Shown in pieces: positions 1 to 9,171 of a stretch of 64,000 nt of DNA (position 1 is the first letter of the stretch; each line of letters begins with the position of its first letter). Position numbers and translations under genes: made by a program. Below the pieces are notes generated by a model. It was not told the origin of the DNA. It saw only the letters and a list, made by a program, of their open reading frames with translations, and did no database searches. Source of the DNA: Clostridia bacterium (GTDB lineage Bacteria > Bacillota > Clostridia > Christensenellales > Aristaeellaceae); NCBI GenBank assembly GCA_017397895.1, contig JAFQHP010000032.1, positions 95,785-159,784 of the forward strand. Reading direction: 5' to 3'.

Positions 1-69
1 CAGATCGCACCGGTCACATTCGCCGCAATCAATGCATTCACGATCATACAATACACATTCTTTTGCCAT
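1..69 (-). CDS. hypothetical Cys-rich protein, first 23 codons only (continues past window start)
   Basis: ATG at 69-67 is preceded by GGCGGAAAG. It reads MAKECVLYDRECIDCGECDRCDL (CxxCxxCxxC) to the window edge. It is divergent from lexA across the SOS boxes and too short for the ORF track. Confidence 0.3.
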   Translation of the reverse strand, partial: MAKECVLYDRECIDCGECDRCDL

Positions 70-95
70 GTCTTTCCGCCTCTTTTCCAAATTTA

Positions 96-135
96 GAACA
101 AATGTTTGCAAAAAACGCTTGCCAAACACATGTTT
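96..135 (+). promoter_or_regulatory. two LexA (SOS/Cheo-type) boxes in the lexA promoter region
   Basis: GAACAAATGTTT at 96-107 and AAACACATGTTT at 124-135 fit RAAC-N4-GTTT. The second box lies inside the 17-nt spacer between TTGCCA (119-124) and TATAAT (142-147). Confidence 0.6.
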
Positions 136-185
136 GCATGATATAATTTCACTGTATAATGATACCATGTAAAGGATGTGTTTCT

Positions 186-794
186 ATGCCTCGGCGCCCC
201 CACGGCGATACGCAGCAGCGCATACTTGATTATATCGAAAAATATGTGGATGTCAATGGGTACGCACCTTCTGTGCGTGAAATTGGCCAGGCGGTTGACT
301 TGCGTTCCACTTCTACCGTCCACGGCCATCTGAGCCGGTTGGAAAAGAAAGGCTTGCTTCGCCGGGAGGCGATGAAGCCCCGCACCATCGACTTGCACCG
401 GGAAGATAAGCCGGTTGCCAGAAAATTGCCTGTGCTTGGCAAAGTGGCTGCCGGCTCCCCTATTCTTGCCGAAGAAACTGCCGGTGAATTCATGGCACTG
501 CCGGAATCTCTCGTTGGCCGCGGCGACTATTTTGTGCTGGAAATCCGGGGCGACAGCATGATCACCGCAGGCATTATGAACGGCGATTATGTGATCGTCA
601 AAAAGCAGGAAACCGCCAATAACGGCGAAATTGTGATTGCCATGATGGACGGCGATGCCACCTGCAAGCGCTTCTTCAGGGAAGAAAATCATTTCCGCCT
701 GCAGCCGGAAAACCCCACCATGGCCCCCATTATTGTAGATGATGTGACAATCCTGGGCAAAGTGACCGGTGTTTTCCGCTCTTATCAGAAATAA
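186..794 (+). CDS. lexA: LexA repressor (S24 peptidase)
   Basis: ORF 159-794 has a winged-helix N-terminus (ILDYIEKYVDVNGYAPSVREIGQAV). It carries the Ala-Gly cleavage site (KVAAGSP) and the GDSM and CKRF catalytic motifs. The start was moved to ATG 186, downstream of the predicted -10. Confidence 0.93.
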   Translation: MPRRPHGDTQQRILDYIEKYVDVNGYAPSVREIGQAVDLRSTSTVHGHLSRLEKKGLLRREAMKPRTIDLHREDKPVARKLPVLGKVAAGSPILAEETAGEFMALPESLVGRGDYFVLEIRGDSMITAGIMNGDYVIVKKQETANNGEIVIAMMDGDATCKRFFREENHFRLQPENPTMAPIIVDDVTILGKVTGVFRSYQK

Positions 795-833
795 CCCTGT
801 CCTTCCTTTCCCCCATCAAACCGCAAATCAATC

Positions 834-865
834 AAAAAAAGACCCGCATAAGCGGGTCTTTTCTT
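834..865. terminator. bidirectional intrinsic terminator (lexA / rnpB)
   Basis: Hairpin GACCCGC-ataa-GCGGGTC at 841-858 is flanked by an A-run (834-840) and a T-run (859-865). Confidence 0.8.
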
Positions 866-1209
866 ATGCTTCAAAGCGCAGCCTGTAAGCCGGGTTCTGT
901 CGAGAATGGCCATCTATCCAGGCGCAAAGTCGCCAATGCGCTCAAGCGATACTGTGGGAACAGGACGGGCAGCCCTATATGTCCCCGGAATCTTGCACCG
1001 GATGGGGTTTACATGACGGCACAGTCGCCAGGCCGCCGGTGCGCCCTTACCGCACCTTTCCACCCTTACCGTGTAAACACGGCGGTATCTCTCTGTTGCA
1101 CTTGCCTTGGAGTCGCCTCCACCAGCCGTTAGCTGGCATCCTGCCCTATGGTGCCCGGACTTTCCTCATACCTTACGGCACGCGGCCATCCAGCTGCCTT
1201 TGAAGTACA
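866..1209 (-). ncRNA. rnpB: RNase P RNA, bacterial type A
   Basis: The minus strand carries GAGGAAAGTCCGGGCAC (complement of about 1151-1167), GGTAAGGGTGGAAAGGTGCGGTAAGGGCGCACCGG and ACAGAACCCGGCTTAC. The P1 helix pairs CTTCAAAGGCAGC (5' end) with GCTGCGCTTTGAAG (3' end). The promoter is TTGACT (1244-1239), 17 nt, TAAAAT (1221-1216). Ends are approximate. Confidence 0.88.
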
Positions 1210-1244
1210 AGATGTATTTTATCACACTTTCATTTCAAAGTCAA

Positions 1245-2228
1245 TCAGCGTCTCCCCTTTGGGGTTTTTCGCATTTCCTTGCGATACTTGGATACCATGA
1301 TATCCCTGTCCCTGCGTATACGTTTTGCTTCCTTTTGCAGCGTTTTGAATTCATCCAGTTCCTTTTGTGTAAGACTGCCGTTTTCCAACGCTGCCCTGAC
1401 CGCACAGCCCGGTTCATTCTGATGCTTGCAATCGGAAAAGCGGCACATTTTTTCCAGTTCGCTGACGGAGCGGAAGGTTCGGTTCAGCCCCTCCTGGGCA
1501 TCCAGAAGTGCCAATTCACGCATACCGGGTACGTCGATCACCATAGCGCCGTTATCCAGGAAGATCATCTGGCGGTGGGTAGTGGTGTGGCGGCCCTTGC
1601 TGTCGTCCTCCCGGATGCCGTTTACGTCCATCACTTCCCGTCCGGCCAGGGCATTGACCAGGGTGGATTTTCCGACACCGGAAGACCCCAGGAACACGCT
1701 GACTTTACCCGGTTTCATCTTTTCCTTCACCTTATCCAGTTGCCAGCCCGTCTTTGCGCTGATGGCGATAACTTCCACATCCGGCATATCGCTTTTCGCT
1801 GCCAGGAGATATGCATCAATATCCTCTGCCGTATCCGCCTTTGTAATCAGGATGGTACAATGGGCATTTTCCTGACGGCAGGCAGCCAGATAGCGGTGCA
1901 GCCGCTTCAGGTTAAAGTCATGATTGGCAGAGGTCAGGATGAAAATTTCATCCACATTGGCAGCAATGGCCTGGGCATTGGATGCACTCCATGCGTCAAA
2001 CCGCTGAATGAAGGACTTTCTTTCCAATGTTTCCAGGATTACGCTGTCCCCCAGTGGATTATGCTGGCAAATAACGTAATCACCCGTTACCGGGTAGGGA
2101 TACAATTGGGCGTAATGGTAGTTTGAGGATTTCAGTTTGCCGTAGTATTCCCCGTTTGTTTCATCATACAGTGCGTACCGTTCCTTATGTACAGCGATTA
2201 CCATGGCCTTAATTTCCGTTGAATTCAT
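1245..2228 (-). CDS. RsgA/YjeQ-type circularly permuted GTPase, second paralog
   Basis: 327 aa. The permuted G motifs are ITKAD, then GSSGVGKSTLVNAL, then DVPG. The zinc knuckle is CRFSDCKHQNEPGCAV and the C-terminal tail is basic. Confidence 0.85.
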   Translation of the reverse strand: MNSTEIKAMVIAVHKERYALYDETNGEYYGKLKSSNYHYAQLYPYPVTGDYVICQHNPLGDSVILETLERKSFIQRFDAWSASNAQAIAANVDEIFILTSANHDFNLKRLHRYLAACRQENAHCTILITKADTAEDIDAYLLAAKSDMPDVEVIAISAKTGWQLDKVKEKMKPGKVSVFLGSSGVGKSTLVNALAGREVMDVNGIREDDSKGRHTTTHRQMIFLDNGAMVIDVPGMRELALLDAQEGLNRTFRSVSELEKMCRFSDCKHQNEPGCAVRAALENGSLTQKELDEFKTLQKEAKRIRRDRDIMVSKYRKEMRKTPKGRR

Positions 2229-2264
2229 TTACTTTCTTCTCCTTGCTCGTTTCATTTTGCCACG

Positions 2265-2310
2265 AAAAAAACAGCCGCATGCAGCCTCAAAAAGGCATGC
2301 ACACAGCTGT
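2265..2310 (-). terminator. intrinsic terminator 37 nt upstream of the rsgA-paralog start
   Basis: Minus strand reads ACAGCtgtGCATGCc-tttttga-ggctGCATGCgGCTGT followed by TTTTTTT. The stem is imperfect, with 5-bp and 6-bp segments. Confidence 0.65.
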
Positions 2311-2448
2311 TCATTGCGGCATGTTCACATTTTTTAGGTTGATGGGAATTGGGCATTGCAACAGACCGGCCAGTTCAGCCGTCCTTTGCGCCGGATATGC
2401 AGTTGTCAGCCTTCGGCCACCGATTCCATTTTCATTTTCATACCACAT
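2311..2448 (-). CDS. possible 45-aa leader or small ORF (uncertain)
   Basis: Hand translation gives MWYENENGIGGRRLTTAYPAQRTAELAGLLQCPIPINLKNVNMPQ*. The purine-rich GAAAGGGG ends only 2 nt before the ATG, which is short spacing. The TGA abuts the terminator 5' arm. It is below the ORF-track cutoff. Confidence 0.25.
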   Translation of the reverse strand: MWYENENGIGGRRLTTAYPAQRTAELAGLLQCPIPINLKNVNMPQ

Positions 2449-2496
2449 ATCCCCTTTCAAAATGTGTTTTTATGAACGCCCGGGAGAAGATGCCGA

Positions 2497-3201
2497 TCAG
2501 AGAATGATCATCAGCCGTCCGCAGGTTTCACATTCGATCAATTCGCCGGCCTTGATTTTCCGGGTCACGGCGGAAGGCAGGCTCATATTGCAGCCCGTGC
2601 ACTGGTCGTTGTTCAGTTTGGCCAGCGGCGGGAAGCTGTGACGCTTGATATTTTCATAGCGCTCCATAAAGGCAGGCTCAATGGGCTTTGCAGCTTCAGC
2701 AGCCTTCTTCTTCAGCGCTTCCAGCTCCACAGACTTTTCTTTGAATTCGGCATCATAGGCCAGCTTCAGCTTATCAAATTCCGCCTTGGCCTTGGCAGCC
2801 CGCACCTTCACGTCGTGCTGCAGCCGTTCCCTGTCGGCAGCGTCCTTGCGGATCCGCTTGATTTCCTGTTCATAAGCCGTCAGGTTATTGAGAAAGCGCT
2901 TTGCTTCGTTCATATACTGCTGCACCGTTTCGGCGTCGTTGGCAGGCTCGTTTTCCATTTTCTGCTTCAGCGCACGGTACTGATCTTCCGTCATGGATAC
3001 GGCATCCTTGAGCACTTCCAGGCGGTCCGCCATGGCGCTCACTTCGCCCTCAATGCGCTTCATCACATTCTGTTGGCTTACCAGATAATCACGGTATTTC
3101 ACCAGCTTCTGACGGTTGGGAGAACGCTTGATGGAGTTTTCCATCCGGCTTACTTCCACATCGGCCTGCTGATATTCCCACAAAAGACGAATCTGATCCA
3201 T
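2497..3201 (-). CDS. coiled-coil zinc-ribbon protein (COG1579/DUF164-like)
   Basis: The protein is a long heptad-rich helix plus a C-terminal CTGC...CETC ribbon. The start was set at MDQIRLL (GGAGG 7 nt upstream) to avoid overlap with nif3. Confidence 0.8.
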   Translation of the reverse strand: MDQIRLLWEYQQADVEVSRMENSIKRSPNRQKLVKYRDYLVSQQNVMKRIEGEVSAMADRLEVLKDAVSMTEDQYRALKQKMENEPANDAETVQQYMNEAKRFLNNLTAYEQEIKRIRKDAADRERLQHDVKVRAAKAKAEFDKLKLAYDAEFKEKSVELEALKKKAAEAAKPIEPAFMERYENIKRHSFPPLAKLNNDQCTGCNMSLPSAVTRKIKAGELIECETCGRLMIIL

Positions 3202-3217
3202 TTTATTGGCCTCCTTT

Positions 3218-3985
3218 TCAAACGCGTCCATAAGGATCTGCTTTGGACGCAAAAACCAGCACATCATATTTTACATCATTTATCCATTTTTGTAAATATG
3301 TACAAAGCGGTTCAATCAAAGTGGCTTCCGTGCCGAAATGGCCTGCGTCATACATCACCTGCTCAGCCATTACGGACGCAATGGCGTTATGGTGCCGCAC
3401 TTCACCGGTCAGATAGGCATCGGCGCCAAGGGCAGCTGCCTCTTCCCACCCTTCATCATAAGCACCGCCGCAGATGGCCAGGGTGCGGATTTTTTGACTG
3501 CTGTCTCCATACATACGGACATCCTTGTCGATCAGCTGTGCAATCCTTTCCTGCAGTATGGCAGCCGTCAATTCACTTTCAGTCTCCCCCAGGAACAAAA
3601 GCCCTTCCTGGCGGATATTTTTCAGGCCCAGTATTTCTGCACAAGCATGGCTGCCACTGAAAATACTCTTGTCCAGATTGGTGTGGGCGCTGATGAGGGA
3701 AATGTGACTGCGGATCAATGCGCAGATCACCCTGGCTTCCGGGTCATCCTCCACCAGGTTTTTCCGGGCATGGAACATCAGGGGGTGGTGGGTAATGATC
3801 AGCTCCGCGCCGATCCTTTTTGCTTCCTCTGCCACTTCCAGGGTGGCGTCCAGGGCAAGCAGCACTTTCGTCACCTTCGCATCCGCCTTACCAAGCAGCA
3901 GGCCAACGTTATCGTATGCCTCCGCATTTTCAAAGGGGGCTATCTCCTGCAGTTTGGCAAGAAAGTCACTCACTTTTGCCTGCAC
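3218..3985 (-). CDS. Nif3-family dinuclear metal centre protein (GTP cyclohydrolase 1 type 2 homolog)
   Basis: Motifs are LIITHHPLMF and SAHTNLD. The start is proposed at GTG 3985, with GAGGAGG 9 nt upstream. The ORF-track start at 4003 is TTG. Confidence 0.85.
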   Translation of the reverse strand: MQAKVSDFLAKLQEIAPFENAEAYDNVGLLLGKADAKVTKVLLALDATLEVAEEAKRIGAELIITHHPLMFHARKNLVEDDPEARVICALIRSHISLISAHTNLDKSIFSGSHACAEILGLKNIRQEGLLFLGETESELTAAILQERIAQLIDKDVRMYGDSSQKIRTLAICGGAYDEGWEEAAALGADAYLTGEVRHHNAIASVMAEQVMYDAGHFGTEATLIEPLCTYLQKWINDVKYDVLVFASKADPYGRV

Positions 3986-4625
3986 GTTCCATTTCCTCCT
4001 CAATCATCTTCAGGTGAAGCCTTCCGGCGTCGGAGTTTTCAAGGCGCAGCACATCCCGCCGCCAGGAAAGATAGGCCATATAGTGTTCGCTGCCTTCTTC
4101 CATCAGCCTTGGGCCAATCAGCAGCTGTTCTTCATTTAATTGTTCATTCCCCGGCACGGCACGAATAATGATATAGAATCTGCCGCCGGCATGGGCGATA
4201 TCTTCCTTTTCGATGCGATAAGAGATATTTTCAATTGCCTTCCGAAGCAGATGCACTTCTGTATGGGCAGAAAGAATCAGCGCTGCGCCCTGCAGCTTTT
4301 CTTTTCCTTCGGTGATGATCTGGGCAATGGTTTTTCCGCCCATGCCCAGCACAGCCATGGCGTCCGCTTTTTCCTGCAGCACCATCAGCCCGTTCCCTAC
4401 CCTGAAATCTGCCCGTTCTGCCATGCCGTGCATGGCAATCAGCCGCTTTGCTTTTTCCAGCGAAGGAGCGCTCAGATCGCTGACGCACATCCGCTCACAG
4501 CGGTTTTTTGCCAGCAGAAAACATGATAACCGCCCGTGATCGGCGCCAATATCGGCGCCGTATGCACAGGCGGGAAAAAACTTTGCAGCCTTTTGCAGGC
4601 GTTCATCCAACTGGGGCAAACGCAT
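3966..4625 (-). CDS. trmK: tRNA (adenine22-N1)-methyltransferase TrmK-like
   Basis: It has the SAM-MTase motif GADIGADHGRLS. Its position between rpoD and nif3 matches Bacillus yqfN. Confidence 0.8.
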   Translation of the reverse strand: MRLPQLDERLQKAAKFFPACAYGADIGADHGRLSCFLLAKNRCERMCVSDLSAPSLEKAKRLIAMHGMAERADFRVGNGLMVLQEKADAMAVLGMGGKTIAQIITEGKEKLQGAALILSAHTEVHLLRKAIENISYRIEKEDIAHAGGRFYIIIRAVPGNEQLNEEQLLIGPRLMEEGSEHYMAYLSWRRDVLRLENSDAGRLHLKMIEEEMERAGKSE

Positions 4626-4626
4626 A

Positions 4627-5715
4627 TCAATCCAAATAATCCTTCAGTTTTTTGCTGCGGCTGGGATGGCGCAGCTTACGCAGGGCCTTGGCTTCAATCT
4701 GACGGATACGCTCACGGGTCACCTTGAATTCCTTGCCCACTTCTTCCAGGGTGCGCTGGTGCCCGTCATCCAGGCCAAAGCGCAGGCGAAGCACCTTTTC
4801 TTCACGGGGGGTCAGGGTTTCCAGCACGTCCCAAAGCTGTTCCTTCATCAAAGCGTGAGAAGCAGCTTCTGCAGGGGCCGGTGCATTATCGTCTTCGATA
4901 AAGTCGCCCAGATGGCTGTCTTCTTCTTCACCGATGGGGGTTTCAAGAGAAACGGGCTCCTGTGCAATTTTGATAATTTCGCGCACCTTGCTTTCGCTGA
5001 TGCCCATGGCTTTGGCAATTTCTTCGGGGGTGGGCTCACGGCCGTATTCCTGCAGCAGCTGACGGGACACACGGATCAGCTTATTGATGGTTTCCACCAT
5101 ATGTACAGGGATGCGGATGGTGCGGGCCTGGTCTGCAATGGCGCGGGTAATGGCCTGGCGAATCCACCAGGTGGCATAAGTGGAGAACTTGTAGCCCTTG
5201 CGGTAATCAAATTTTTCCACAGCCTTGATCAGCCCCAGGTTGCCCTCCTGAATCAGATCCAGGAACAGCATACCGCGGCCTACATATCGCTTGGCAATGG
5301 AAACAACCAGGCGCAGGTTGGCTTCTGCCAGCTTTTTCTTGGCTTCTTCGTCGCCCTGCTCCATCTTCATGGCAATTTCAATTTCTTCTTCTGCCGTCAG
5401 AAGGGGCACCCGGCCGATTTCCTTCAGGTACATGCGAACGGGGTCATCAATGCTGACGCCTTCAGGCACAGAAAGGTCCAGGTCTTCGGGTTCGGGCTCT
5501 GCCTGCTGAGGGGGCATTTCGCCGTCACGGGTAACAACAATACCCATACCTTCGAATGTTTCCAAAATAACATCAAACTGCTCGGGGTCAATTTCGTAAG
5601 CAGACAGCTTGTTGATCACTTCGTCATAGGTCAACACACCCTTGCTTTTTCCCAGTTCGTACAGTTCGTTCAGTTTTGCCTGCTTTGCATCCACTTGCGC
5701 ATTCATGGCTCTCAA
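4627..5715 (-). CDS. rpoD: primary RNA polymerase sigma factor
   Basis: Motifs are [13 protein letters not shown] (region 2.4) and [28 protein letters not shown] (region 4.2). Confidence 0.96.
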   Translation of the reverse strand: MRAMNAQVDAKQAKLNELYELGKSKGVLTYDEVINKLSAYEIDPEQFDVILETFEGMGIVVTRDGEMPPQQAEPEPEDLDLSVPEGVSIDDPVRMYLKEIGRVPLLTAEEEIEIAMKMEQGDEEAKKKLAEANLRLVVSIAKRYVGRGMLFLDLIQEGNLGLIKAVEKFDYRKGYKFSTYATWWIRQAITRAIADQARTIRIPVHMVETINKLIRVSRQLLQEYGREPTPEEIAKAMGISESKVREIIKIAQEPVSLETPIGEEEDSHLGDFIEDDNAPAPAEAASHALMKEQLWDVLETLTPREEKVLRLRFGLDDGHQRTLEEVGKEFKVTRERIRQIEAKALRKLRHPSRSKKLKDYLD

Positions 5716-5729
5716 ACTCCTTCCTGCCT

Positions 5730-7487
5730 TCAGCGTCCCTGTTGCCTTAACTGAGCCAATTCTTTGGAAAGCTGCATGACCTCTTTCAATGCCTTTTCTC
5801 GCTCCTGCCCACCGGCAGCCGTACGCATCAGTTCGGTCATATCATTGATCTGCTGCTGCAGCCTTTGGATGTGCAGATTTCTTAAGCAATCCTTGGCAAC
5901 AGCCGCAGGGTTTTTCTTTTCTTCATCGGATAAGACGGTGAACACCTCACCTGCCGCCTGACGGACTTCATCCGTTTCTGCTTCCGCCATGATCACCGCC
6001 GGTTTTTTGCCGCTGAGCATAGCCTCTGCAATGGTACGGAATGCAGGATGGGAAAAATCATCTGCCTTTACCGTACCTGCGGGCAGCTTATCCAGCGCCA
6101 TCAGCGCAAGCAATGTTTGCTCTGTCTTATAGGTTTCTGGCAAACGTGTGCGCTTTGCTGGATATTCTTTCCGTTTTTCGGTAGGTTTATTCTGCCCCAT
6201 CAATTCGGGAGAAATGCCAATCTGGGCCATCAGCACTTCTTTTGAAAAGCCGGTCTGCACGCTGAGCGCTTCCAGATGGTTTTCCATCTCCACCGGCTCT
6301 TTCACCTTTTTCAGGATCTGGGCGCATTGCTTGGCATATTCCGTTCTGCCGTCCTGGGTTTCCAGATCATACTGCAGGCGCAGCCGCTGCATTTTGTAAG
6401 CCACTGCGCCCATGGGCCGGACCGCCAGGAATGCATCCACACCCCGCTGGCGGATCATTTCGTCCGGGTCCAGTTTATCAGGGAAGCTGAGCACCTTCAC
6501 CGGCATCTCTTCCGCCTCAAAAATGGAAATGGCCCGTTCAATAGCATGCTGACCCGCTTCATCGCCATCATAGGCAATCCATACTTCCGGCGCATAGCGC
6601 TTCAGCAGCCGTGCCTGTTCATTGGTGAGGGATGTTCCCAGCGTAGCCACAGCGCCCTGGATACCTGCCTGAGACACCGCCACCACGTCCATGTATCCTT
6701 CCACCAGTAAAATCCGTTTCAAATCCCGGATTTTTTTCACCAGATTGATGGCGTATACGCCCTTTCGCTTATTGAAAACCGGCGTATCGGAGGTGTTGAG
6801 ATATTTGGGTTTTGCATCTCCCATGGCCCGTCCGCCAAAGCCCAGCACATTTCCCTGCTGATCGATGATGGGAAACATGGCGCGGCTGCGGAACATATCG
6901 TAGTGGTGATCACCTTTATTGACCGCAAGGCCTGCCAGGGTGATTTCCTGTTTGGTATAGCCTTTGGAGACAAGATATTTGATCAATTCATCCCATTGAT
7001 CCGGCGCTGCGCCAAGGCCGAAGCGGCGAATGGTGCCGTCATCCAGCCCGCGCTTGTGGAGATAATCCAAGACCGTCTTGCCTTCCGGCTTCCACAGGGT
7101 ATCGTGGTAAAAATGGGCGGCTTCCCGGTTGGCAGCCAGCAGCCTGTCCCTTTCACTGCGGCGGCGTTCGTAATCCGGGTCGTTCTGTACTTCGGGAACA
7201 GCCATGTGCATCTTTTCAGCCAGCAGCTTCACCGCTTCCTGATAGGATACACGTTCCATTTCCATAATGAACTGCACCACATTGCCGCCGGCCTTGCAGC
7301 CGAAGCAATAATACAGATTCAGGTCTGCATTGACGGAAAAAGAAGGGGTTTTTTCGTTATGAAACGGGCATAAGCCCCAATACCTTCTGCCGTCCTTTTT
7401 CAGTTGGAGGTAGCCGGAAACCACAGATACGATATCCGCCCTGGCGTACAATTCATCCAGCCATGCCGCCGGAAAACGTCCTGCCAT
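5730..7487 (-). CDS. dnaG: DNA primase
   Basis: It has the CHC2 zinc finger [19 protein letters not shown] and the Toprim motif EGYMDV. It sits directly upstream of rpoD. Confidence 0.95.
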   Translation of the reverse strand: MAGRFPAAWLDELYARADIVSVVSGYLQLKKDGRRYWGLCPFHNEKTPSFSVNADLNLYYCFGCKAGGNVVQFIMEMERVSYQEAVKLLAEKMHMAVPEVQNDPDYERRRSERDRLLAANREAAHFYHDTLWKPEGKTVLDYLHKRGLDDGTIRRFGLGAAPDQWDELIKYLVSKGYTKQEITLAGLAVNKGDHHYDMFRSRAMFPIIDQQGNVLGFGGRAMGDAKPKYLNTSDTPVFNKRKGVYAINLVKKIRDLKRILLVEGYMDVVAVSQAGIQGAVATLGTSLTNEQARLLKRYAPEVWIAYDGDEAGQHAIERAISIFEAEEMPVKVLSFPDKLDPDEMIRQRGVDAFLAVRPMGAVAYKMQRLRLQYDLETQDGRTEYAKQCAQILKKVKEPVEMENHLEALSVQTGFSKEVLMAQIGISPELMGQNKPTEKRKEYPAKRTRLPETYKTEQTLLALMALDKLPAGTVKADDFSHPAFRTIAEAMLSGKKPAVIMAEAETDEVRQAAGEVFTVLSDEEKKNPAAVAKDCLRNLHIQRLQQQINDMTELMRTAAGGQEREKALKEVMQLSKELAQLRQQGR

Positions 7488-7573
7488 TTCCTTCCCTCCC
7501 GTGATAATTCATGCCTTTTTCTTGTTCGCTGCAAAAGGAATTTTTCCTGCACAAATGAAGAATTTTTGTCGAA

Positions 7574-8575
7574 TCAGATCACAGGGAATGCAGAAGGCGA
7601 AAACAACTGCTGGAAGGTGCGCAGGGCATACCGGTCCGTCATACAGGCCAGATAATCAATCACTGCCCGCTCATTGCCGTCCCGGTAAGCAATCTGCACA
7701 TATTCAAGGGGCATTTCGCTGGGATGCTCCATGAAATATTCAAACAGCATACGGATCACATAATCGCATTTAGCTTCTTCCTTATGGCGCCAGCTGTCGA
7801 AATACACCTTTTCAAACATGAATGTGCGAAGCTCGTCAAATGCGGACTGTACCCTGTCACTCATGACAATATCATTTCTGTCCTTGCTTTCGCAGACAAT
7901 ATCCCGGATCAGGGTGTCTATGCGCTGGCCGTGGGTTTCACCCAGTACCCGCAGGATTTCCCCAGGCAATTCAAATTCCTTCAGTACACCCGCCCGCAAT
8001 GCATCATCAATATCATGATTGATATACGCAATCCTGTCTGCACGGGCCACGCACTTGCCCTCCAGCGTGGCAGGAGCAACCTTACCGGAATGGTGCAGGA
8101 TGCCGTCCCGCACTTCTTTTGTCAGGTTCAGCCCCTCCCCGCCTTCCAGTACCTCCACCACCCGAAGGCTCTGCTCATTATGGGCAAAGCCTTCAACGGA
8201 AAGCTTGTCCAGCATCCTCTCCCCGCAATGGCCAAAGGGAGTGTGACCCAGGTCATGCCCAAGGGCAATGGCTTCGGTCAGATCCTCATTCAGGTTCAGG
8301 CAACGGGCAAGCGTCCTGGCCACCTGAGCCACTTCCAGCGTGTGGGTCAGCCGGGTGCGAAAATGGTCCCCCTCGGGTGAGATGAACACCTGGGTTTTGA
8401 ACTTCAGGCGGCGGAAACTTTTGCAATGCAGGATACGATCCCTGTCCCGCTGGAATTGGGTGCGCAAATCATCAGGCGCAATGGGATAATCCCGCCCCTG
8501 GGTGTCAGCACTGCAAACAGCAAAAGGTGAAAGATAGGTTCTTTCCCTTCTTTCCAGTTCCTCGCGGATGGTCAT
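7574..8575 (-). CDS. dgt: dGTP triphosphohydrolase-like HD-domain protein
   Basis: HD-domain motifs are RLTHTLEVAQV and GHDLGHTPFGH. Confidence 0.88.
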   Translation of the reverse strand: MTIREELERRERTYLSPFAVCSADTQGRDYPIAPDDLRTQFQRDRDRILHCKSFRRLKFKTQVFISPEGDHFRTRLTHTLEVAQVARTLARCLNLNEDLTEAIALGHDLGHTPFGHCGERMLDKLSVEGFAHNEQSLRVVEVLEGGEGLNLTKEVRDGILHHSGKVAPATLEGKCVARADRIAYINHDIDDALRAGVLKEFELPGEILRVLGETHGQRIDTLIRDIVCESKDRNDIVMSDRVQSAFDELRTFMFEKVYFDSWRHKEEAKCDYVIRMLFEYFMEHPSEMPLEYVQIAYRDGNERAVIDYLACMTDRYALRTFQQLFSPSAFPVI

Positions 8576-8640
8576 GGATTGCCGCCTCCTTTTCTACGCT
8601 TTATATACTCCGTGAAACGGTGTAATTCCTCTATTTTTCC

Positions 8641-8685
8641 AAAAAAACAGAATAAAATAAGCCCGTGAAAACATGCTTCGCGGGC
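8641..8685 (-). terminator. intrinsic terminator after the HExxH membrane protein gene
   Basis: Stem GCCCGTGAA/TTCGCGGGC at 8661-8685 is followed on the minus strand by a T-rich run. Confidence 0.55.
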
Positions 8686-8697
8686 ATTCCTGTTTCT

Positions 8698-9171
8698 TTA
8701 ATTTTGATGGGCAACCGCTGTCAGAGTATCTACAATATCATAAAAGCATCCCGCACAATTGCAAATGGGCACAACGAGGAATATCAGTTCTGCCTGTTGG
8801 CAGAAAATGAGCGCCGCATCCACCAATAATGTCAGCCACACGAAAGGCGAAAGGTAGATGATAACCGATTGCCATTTATTGAACGTCCATTGCGCAACGG
8901 TCCCAAGCGTCGGCAAGCCTAAAGGGCTTTTCATCACGCAAATCCTCACGCTGCTTTTGCCAAACAGCTTCATGAACACAAAGTGAAACAGCTCATGCAG
9001 CGGCAAGGTGATGCAAACCGCCAATAAAAAAACAGCAATTCTCTCCCACGCCTGATAATCCTGCCTGATCTTTGCACCAAACAGTGCGATATGGACTATA
9101 CAGGTAAGCGCCAGCCAGATTATGTAAGCCCCAGGATTTGTTTTGATTTTTTTCAGTGTGTCCTTATTCAT
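8698..9171 (-). CDS. polytopic membrane protein with HExxH (DUF3267-like putative zincin)
   Basis: 157 aa with about 4 hydrophobic spans and the motif HELFHFVFMKLFG. The family name is from memory, not from a search. Confidence 0.6.
   Translation of the reverse strand: MNKDTLKKIKTNPGAYIIWLALTCIVHIALFGAKIRQDYQAWERIAVFLLAVCITLPLHELFHFVFMKLFGKSSVRICVMKSPLGLPTLGTVAQWTFNKWQSVIIYLSPFVWLTLLVDAALIFCQQAELIFLVVPICNCAGCFYDIVDTLTAVAHQN

Noticed and set aside
866-2126. ORFs 866-1132, 979-1203 and 1107-2126 lie on the plus strand.
   Set aside because: The first two lie on the RNase P RNA gene. The third is the shadow of the rsgA paralog. None has an RBS or motif.
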